From contig NZ_JBGUQY010000024.1 of NCBI RefSeq assembly GCF_045131395.1, forward strand, positions 86,069 to 150,068: 64,000 nucleotides of DNA, in the 5' to 3' direction. Numbering within the stretch: the first letter of the stretch is position 1; each line of letters begins with the position of its first letter. Shown here in pieces: positions 63,993 through 64,000 of the stretch. The DNA is from Fibrobacter sp. (lineage in GTDB: Bacteria > Fibrobacterota > Fibrobacteria > Fibrobacterales > Fibrobacteraceae). Position numbers and translations under genes: made by a program. The notes under the pieces were generated by a model, which was not told the DNA's origin, did not search any database, and saw only the letters and a program-made list of their open reading frames with translations.

Positions 63993-64000
63993 ACAAAATG

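Overview
This 64-kb segment looks like a Fibrobacter-type (Fibrobacterota) chromosome. That assignment is an inference from family content. The evidence is TIGR02147-like HTH proteins next to lipoproteins ending in Fib_succ_major (TIGR02145/FISUMP) domains, a GH9 cellulase with a basic C-terminal tail, T9SS-type C-terminal domains, and a 2-aminoethylphosphonate (AEP) operon.

Layout:
1. 0.8-5.1 kb, minus strand: AEP biosynthesis operon (cytidylyltransferase-PEP mutase fusion, phosphonopyruvate decarboxylase, LicC-type nucleotidyltransferase, AEP transaminase).
2. 5.2-5.7 kb: frameshifted and truncated RhuM pseudogene.
3. 5.9-9.8 kb, plus strand: sugar nucleotidyltransferase plus two CotH lipoproteins.
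4. 9.8-28.4 kb, minus strand: AT-rich surface-glycan locus (glf, glycosyltransferases, acetyltransferases, FdtA/FdtB-type amino-sugar genes, TagD-like cytidylyltransferase, Wzx, gmd/fcl, EpsG-type polymerase). A third CotH gene follows on the plus strand.
5. 30-36 kb: secreted glycoside hydrolases and an esterase.
6. 36-43.8 kb: housekeeping genes (dxr, PBP4 fusion, solute-binding protein, aroA, acyl-ACP thioesterase).
7. 43.8-45.4 kb: a 1.44-kb AT-rich insertion bounded by 91-bp direct repeats. It carries one nuclease-like ORF flanked by 3+4 structured ~85-bp repeats.
8. 45.4-47.0 kb: ComEC-like MBL protein, a Cys-rich small protein and tRNA-His.
9. 47-61.3 kb: three co-oriented cassettes of a TIGR02147/DUF4423 HTH gene followed by paralogous lipoproteins with a shared N-terminal module and swapped C-terminal domains.
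10. 61.4-63.9 kb: GLUG-motif T9SS protein.

Best candidates for undescribed biology:
- The HTH-lipoprotein cassettes. Their upstream regions keep one architecture but carry a different repeated 7-11 nt word in each cassette.
- The 91-bp-repeat-bounded insertion with its hairpin-repeat arrays.
- Poly-G tracts (G9 out of frame, G10 in frame) inside two acetyltransferase genes of the glycan locus.

All functional calls come from reading the translated ORFs and recalling family motifs. No database search was run.
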